Source: Marinobacter sp. (lineage in GTDB: Bacteria; Pseudomonadota; Gammaproteobacteria; Pseudomonadales; Oleiphilaceae). Taken from it: DNA of 64,000 nt. The position numbers were made by a program, and so were the translations under genes. This document shows positions 60,726 through 64,000 of this stretch, piece after piece (positions within the stretch are counted from its first letter, which is position 1; each line of letters starts with the position of its first letter). The notes below the pieces were generated by a model. That model was given only the letters and a program-made list of their open reading frames with translations, searched no databases and had not been told where the DNA came from. The DNA is taken from positions 10,475 through 74,474 of the forward strand of contig NZ_JBBDSR010000070.1 of NCBI RefSeq assembly GCF_040904845.1, given 5' to 3'.

Positions 60726-62489
60726 ATGGACAGACACCTCCTTCGGGGCCTCCCCGAACACGCCTCCCAGGGCCGCTCACTCGCCGCCCGCGCCGGATTT
60801 GCCCTGGTGCTGCTGGTGTTTACCACCGCCCTGCAGGCGCAAGCGATCCTGGAGGGTGAGCGACACCATCCCGAGGAGGGCCGCCACGGCATGGTAGTTA
60901 CCAGCCACGACCTGGCAACAGACGCTGCCCTGCGCGTGCTGAAAAACGACGGCAATGCGGTGGATGCCGCGGTTACCGCCGGGTTTGTGCTGGCGGTGGT
61001 GCAACCCCGGTCCGGGAATATTGGCGGCGGTGGTTTCATGCTGGTGGCACCCGGCGATGGCAGCCCGGTCGAAGCCATTGATTATCGGGAAAAGGCACCC
61101 GCAGCCGCAACCGAGACCATGTTTCAGGACGAGGATGGCAACGTGGTGACCAATCGCAGCCGCTTTACTCACCGTGCGTCCGGTGTGCCTGGCACGGTGG
61201 CCGGGATGGCACTGGCGTTGGATCGACACGGTACGCTGTCGCTCAGGGAGGCACTGGCTCCAGCCATCGACCTGGCGCGGAATGGGTTTGTGGTGCCGCC
61301 CCGCTTCACCGAAGGCCTGGAGCAGGCTGCGGATCGCCTGCACCGCTGGCCCGCCAGCCGCGCCACGTTCTATCGGGACGACGGCTCAGCATGGCAGCCC
61401 GGCGAACGCTTCCGTCAACCGGAACTGGCCGCCACTCTGCAACGGCTGGCCGACCACGGCATTCAGGATTTTTACCAAGGCGAAACCGCACGCCTCATTG
61501 TGGAGGAGATGCAGAATCACGATGGTCTGATCACCCGGGAGGACCTGAAACACTATCAGCCTTCGGTCCGGGAGCCGGCCCAGGGAAGCTATCGCGGCCA
61601 TGAGGTGTTCTCCATGTCGCCGCCCTCTTCCGGGGGCACTCACATCATCCAGATCCTGAACATTCTGGAAGATTACCCGCTGGCAGAGCTCGGCCATAAT
61701 TCCGCCGACACATTGCACTACATGGCCGAAGCCATGAAACTGGCGTACGCAGACCGCTCAGAATTCCTTGGCGACACCGACTTTGTCGATGTGCCGCTGA
61801 AAGGGCTACAGGACAAAGCCTACGCCGCCGAATTGCGCAAGGGCATCAGCCCCGATAAAGCCCGGCCAGCCAGCGACATTCAACCCGGCAACCCTGGGGC
61901 CTATGAAAGCCCGGAAACCACCCACTTCTCCATCGTCGACCGCTGGGGTAACGCGGTGTCGAATACCTACACCATCAATTTCAGTTACGGCTCCGGTATT
62001 ACCGTCACCGGTGCCGGCTTCCTGCTCAACAATGAAATGGACGATTTCAGCGCCAAACCGGGGGTACCCAACGCCTTTGGTCTGATAGGTGGCGAAGCCA
62101 ACAAGGTGGAACCGGGCAAACGCATGCTGAGCTCCATGTCCCCGACCATTGTGCGCAAGGACGGGCGTAATGTTCTGGTCACCGGCAGCCCCGGCGGCTC
62201 CCGTATTATCACCACCACCCTGCAGGTGATCCTGAATGTGATTGACCACAACATGAACATTCAGACCGCGGTAAACGCGCCGCGCATGCATCATCAATGG
62301 CTGCCGGATGCGATTTTCATCGAACAGGGCTTCAGCCCGGACACGCTGCGGTTGCTCGAGGCCCGCGGCCACACCATCAAACCAACCAGCGCCATGGGCG
62401 CGATTCAGAGCATTCTTCTGGATGCCGATGGAACGCTTTACGGTGGCGCTGATCCAAGACGCAGTACATCATCAGCAAAGGGGTACTGA
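60726..62489 (+). CDS. ggt: Gamma-glutamyltranspeptidase
   Basis: Signal sequence, nucleophile Thr region PETTHFSIVD, GGSRII and the PRMHHQWLP motif are present. Confidence 0.92.
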   Translation: MDRHLLRGLPEHASQGRSLAARAGFALVLLVFTTALQAQAILEGERHHPEEGRHGMVVTSHDLATDAALRVLKNDGNAVDAAVTAGFVLAVVQPRSGNIGGGGFMLVAPGDGSPVEAIDYREKAPAAATETMFQDEDGNVVTNRSRFTHRASGVPGTVAGMALALDRHGTLSLREALAPAIDLARNGFVVPPRFTEGLEQAADRLHRWPASRATFYRDDGSAWQPGERFRQPELAATLQRLADHGIQDFYQGETARLIVEEMQNHDGLITREDLKHYQPSVREPAQGSYRGHEVFSMSPPSSGGTHIIQILNILEDYPLAELGHNSADTLHYMAEAMKLAYADRSEFLGDTDFVDVPLKGLQDKAYAAELRKGISPDKARPASDIQPGNPGAYESPETTHFSIVDRWGNAVSNTYTINFSYGSGITVTGAGFLLNNEMDDFSAKPGVPNAFGLIGGEANKVEPGKRMLSSMSPTIVRKDGRNVLVTGSPGGSRIITTTLQVILNVIDHNMNIQTAVNAPRMHHQWLPDAIFIEQGFSPDTLRLLEARGHTIKPTSAMGAIQSILLDADGTLYGGADPRRSTSSAKGY

Positions 62490-62505
62490 CCCCCGGGGAG
62501 GCACT

Positions 62506-62757
62506 ATGTATCTATCCGTGCAACTGAGCTGCTATCCGCTCAAAGACGACTACAAACAACCAATATGGGACCTGATCGACCGCCTGAAACAGACGAATCT
62601 GGAGGTGATTTCCGGGCGCATGAGCACCGAAATCTTTGGCGAGTATGACGAGGTGATGAAGGTGCTGTCGGACACCATGAAGTGGTCGTTCGAGACTTAT
62701 GGCAAATCGGTATTTGTCGCCAAAATCATGGCCGGGGACCGGCGGCCAAAGGCGTAA
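62506..62757 (+). CDS. Small YkoF/MTH1187-like (DUF77-type) protein
   Basis: 83-aa ORF trimmed from the 62308 track entry. GGGGAG Shine-Dalgarno before ATG 62506. The ferredoxin-like pattern assignment is tentative. Confidence 0.45.
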   Translation: MYLSVQLSCYPLKDDYKQPIWDLIDRLKQTNLEVISGRMSTEIFGEYDEVMKVLSDTMKWSFETYGKSVFVAKIMAGDRRPKA

Positions 62758-62760
62758 CGC

Positions 62761-63132
62761 CTACACCCGCCCCACGAAAAGCGCGGCCACCAGCACAGTA
62801 CCCAGAAACGCCACAATCAGGTTGATCACCAGCCCCCAGCGGAACCCGTAACCTGCGGGGAACTCCGCGGGGCTCAAAGTGCGCAACAGGGCGCGGAACT
62901 GGCGCGACGACCAGACCGCAGCAAACGCCCCCAGGAGAATAAACAGAATACCGATCCAGAACGCCAGCACCGCGTTTATCGCTCCCACCGCCTCCGGGGC
63001 CAGCGCATGCAGCAAGAGCCCCGCGCGTTCGATCAGAAACCCGAATGCAATGAAAGATAGGCTGGTGCGGTTCCACGCCAGCAATGTGCGTTCAGCCGCG
63101 AACAGAACTCGTGGGTCTTTAAGATCGGACAT
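62761..63132 (-). CDS. DUF202 (YidH-like) inner-membrane protein
   Basis: ERTLLAWNRT motif plus three TM helices. Its ATG overlaps the rlmA stop (ATGA). Confidence 0.7.
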   Translation of the reverse strand: MSDLKDPRVLFAAERTLLAWNRTSLSFIAFGFLIERAGLLLHALAPEAVGAINAVLAFWIGILFILLGAFAAVWSSRQFRALLRTLSPAEFPAGYGFRWGLVINLIVAFLGTVLVAALFVGRV

Positions 63133-64000
63133 CAGATACGTTCCTCTCCATCCTGTGAGGGGCTTTCAGTGTTACGTTGGTAACAGGTCAGACGAACGTC
63201 CACCGTCACCGTCAGCGAATTCAGCGCCGCGGCACGCTCAAGCCCCTGGGCCGTCGCACGATACAAATGTGGCGTCATCGCCAGTAAATCCGCAATCCGA
63301 TCCGGGCTGTTCAGCGCCAGGGCGAATCGCTCCGTCGTGGTACTCAGGATGGTAAAGCCATCCGGATCTTCAGGCACCACAGCCTTTTCAGGCTTCAGCA
63401 CGGGATAAATGATTTCACGCAGTTCCCGCAAATGCTCAGGCCCCGCGTCCACCTGAAGCAGCTGGCCCCCGGCTCTCAGTACCCGGGCAAACTCGGCATA
63501 CACGGGGAAACCAAACAAGCATAGCACCCGGTCCACGGATGACGGCAGCACCGGCAGCCTGGCGTTGGTGCCCACCACCCAGGCCGGGCGTTTGTCCTGC
63601 TTTGCCGCGGCCAGCACCGCCCATTTGGAGATGTCTACACCCAGCAACTCCAGATACCTGCCCTCTCTGTCTGAGGCGGCCAGTTGTCTCAGGTAATAGC
63701 CTTCCCCGCAGCCAGCATCCAGGCAGCTTAACGGTTGATTATCCGCCGCATCTGCCAACACCGCACGGTTTACCGCATCGGCGATGGGCTGATAAAAACC
63801 GCCATTCAGGAACCGTTGGCGCGCTGCGACCATCTCCTTGCTGTCACCAGGGTGACGGGATCGTTTGTTCTGTACGGGCAACAGGTGCGTATAGCCCTGA
63901 CGGGCGATATCAAAATTGTGACCGGTCGGACAGCCCCAGGCTGAGCCGGTTCGGCTCAGGGGCTCGCCGTCCAGCGGACAGGCCAGGGCATGAAAAGCGT
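63132..64000 (-). CDS. rlmA: 23S rRNA (guanine745-N1)-methyltransferase RlmA-like (5' end outside window)
   Basis: The frame stays open to the window edge and upstream codons give ..ACPLDGEPL..WGCPTGHNFDIARQGYTHLLPVQNKRS (zinc-ribbon plus RlmA motif). The SAM motif LDAGCGEGYY follows. The track start at 63881 is an internal TTG. Confidence 0.8.
   Translation of the reverse strand, partial: AFHALACPLDGEPLSRTGSAWGCPTGHNFDIARQGYTHLLPVQNKRSRHPGDSKEMVAARQRFLNGGFYQPIADAVNRAVLADAADNQPLSCLDAGCGEGYYLRQLAASDREGRYLELLGVDISKWAVLAAAKQDKRPAWVVGTNARLPVLPSSVDRVLCLFGFPVYAEFARVLRAGGQLLQVDAGPEHLRELREIIYPVLKPEKAVVPEDPDGFTILSTTTERFALALNSPDRIADLLAMTPHLYRATAQGLERAAALNSLTVTVDVRLTCYQRNTESPSQDGEERI

Overview
This window looks like a core-chromosome segment of a GC-rich gammaproteobacterium. 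The block gyrA-serC-pheA-hisC-tyrA/aroA-cmk-rpsA-ihfB-lapAB-pyrF and the REP repeat type look Pseudomonas/Marinobacter-like, but that is inference and was not searched. I support about 55 CDS, two tRNA-Asn(GTT) genes with near-identical promoters and terminators, several intrinsic terminators, a sigma32-type promoter upstream of htpG, and REP/REPIN-type palindromic repeats. I see no rRNA, CRISPR array, integrase, transposase or recognisable phage-defence cassette. Most genes are housekeeping: katG, htpG, uvrB, gyrA, rpsA, pyrD, pyrF, rlmL, rmf, aromatic amino-acid genes and proXWV. The best candidates for poorly described biology are: (1) a divergent pair at 39.5-42.3 kb, a RimK-like ATP-grasp ligase with an extra N-terminal domain facing a GNAT-cysteine-peptidase fusion; (2) a stand-alone OsmC-YcaO fusion protein at 5.8-8.0 kb, directly upstream of a compatible-solute ABC operon; (3) the ybbA-ybbP/tesA module, an ABC transporter paired with an exported SGNH hydrolase; and (4) a 72-aa ORF apparently co-transcribed with htpG. 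Many ORF-track entries are antisense artefacts of high GC. Several real genes have over-extended N-termini in the track, and I trimmed these using start codon plus Shine-Dalgarno evidence. All family assignments come from reading motifs by eye; no database search was run.
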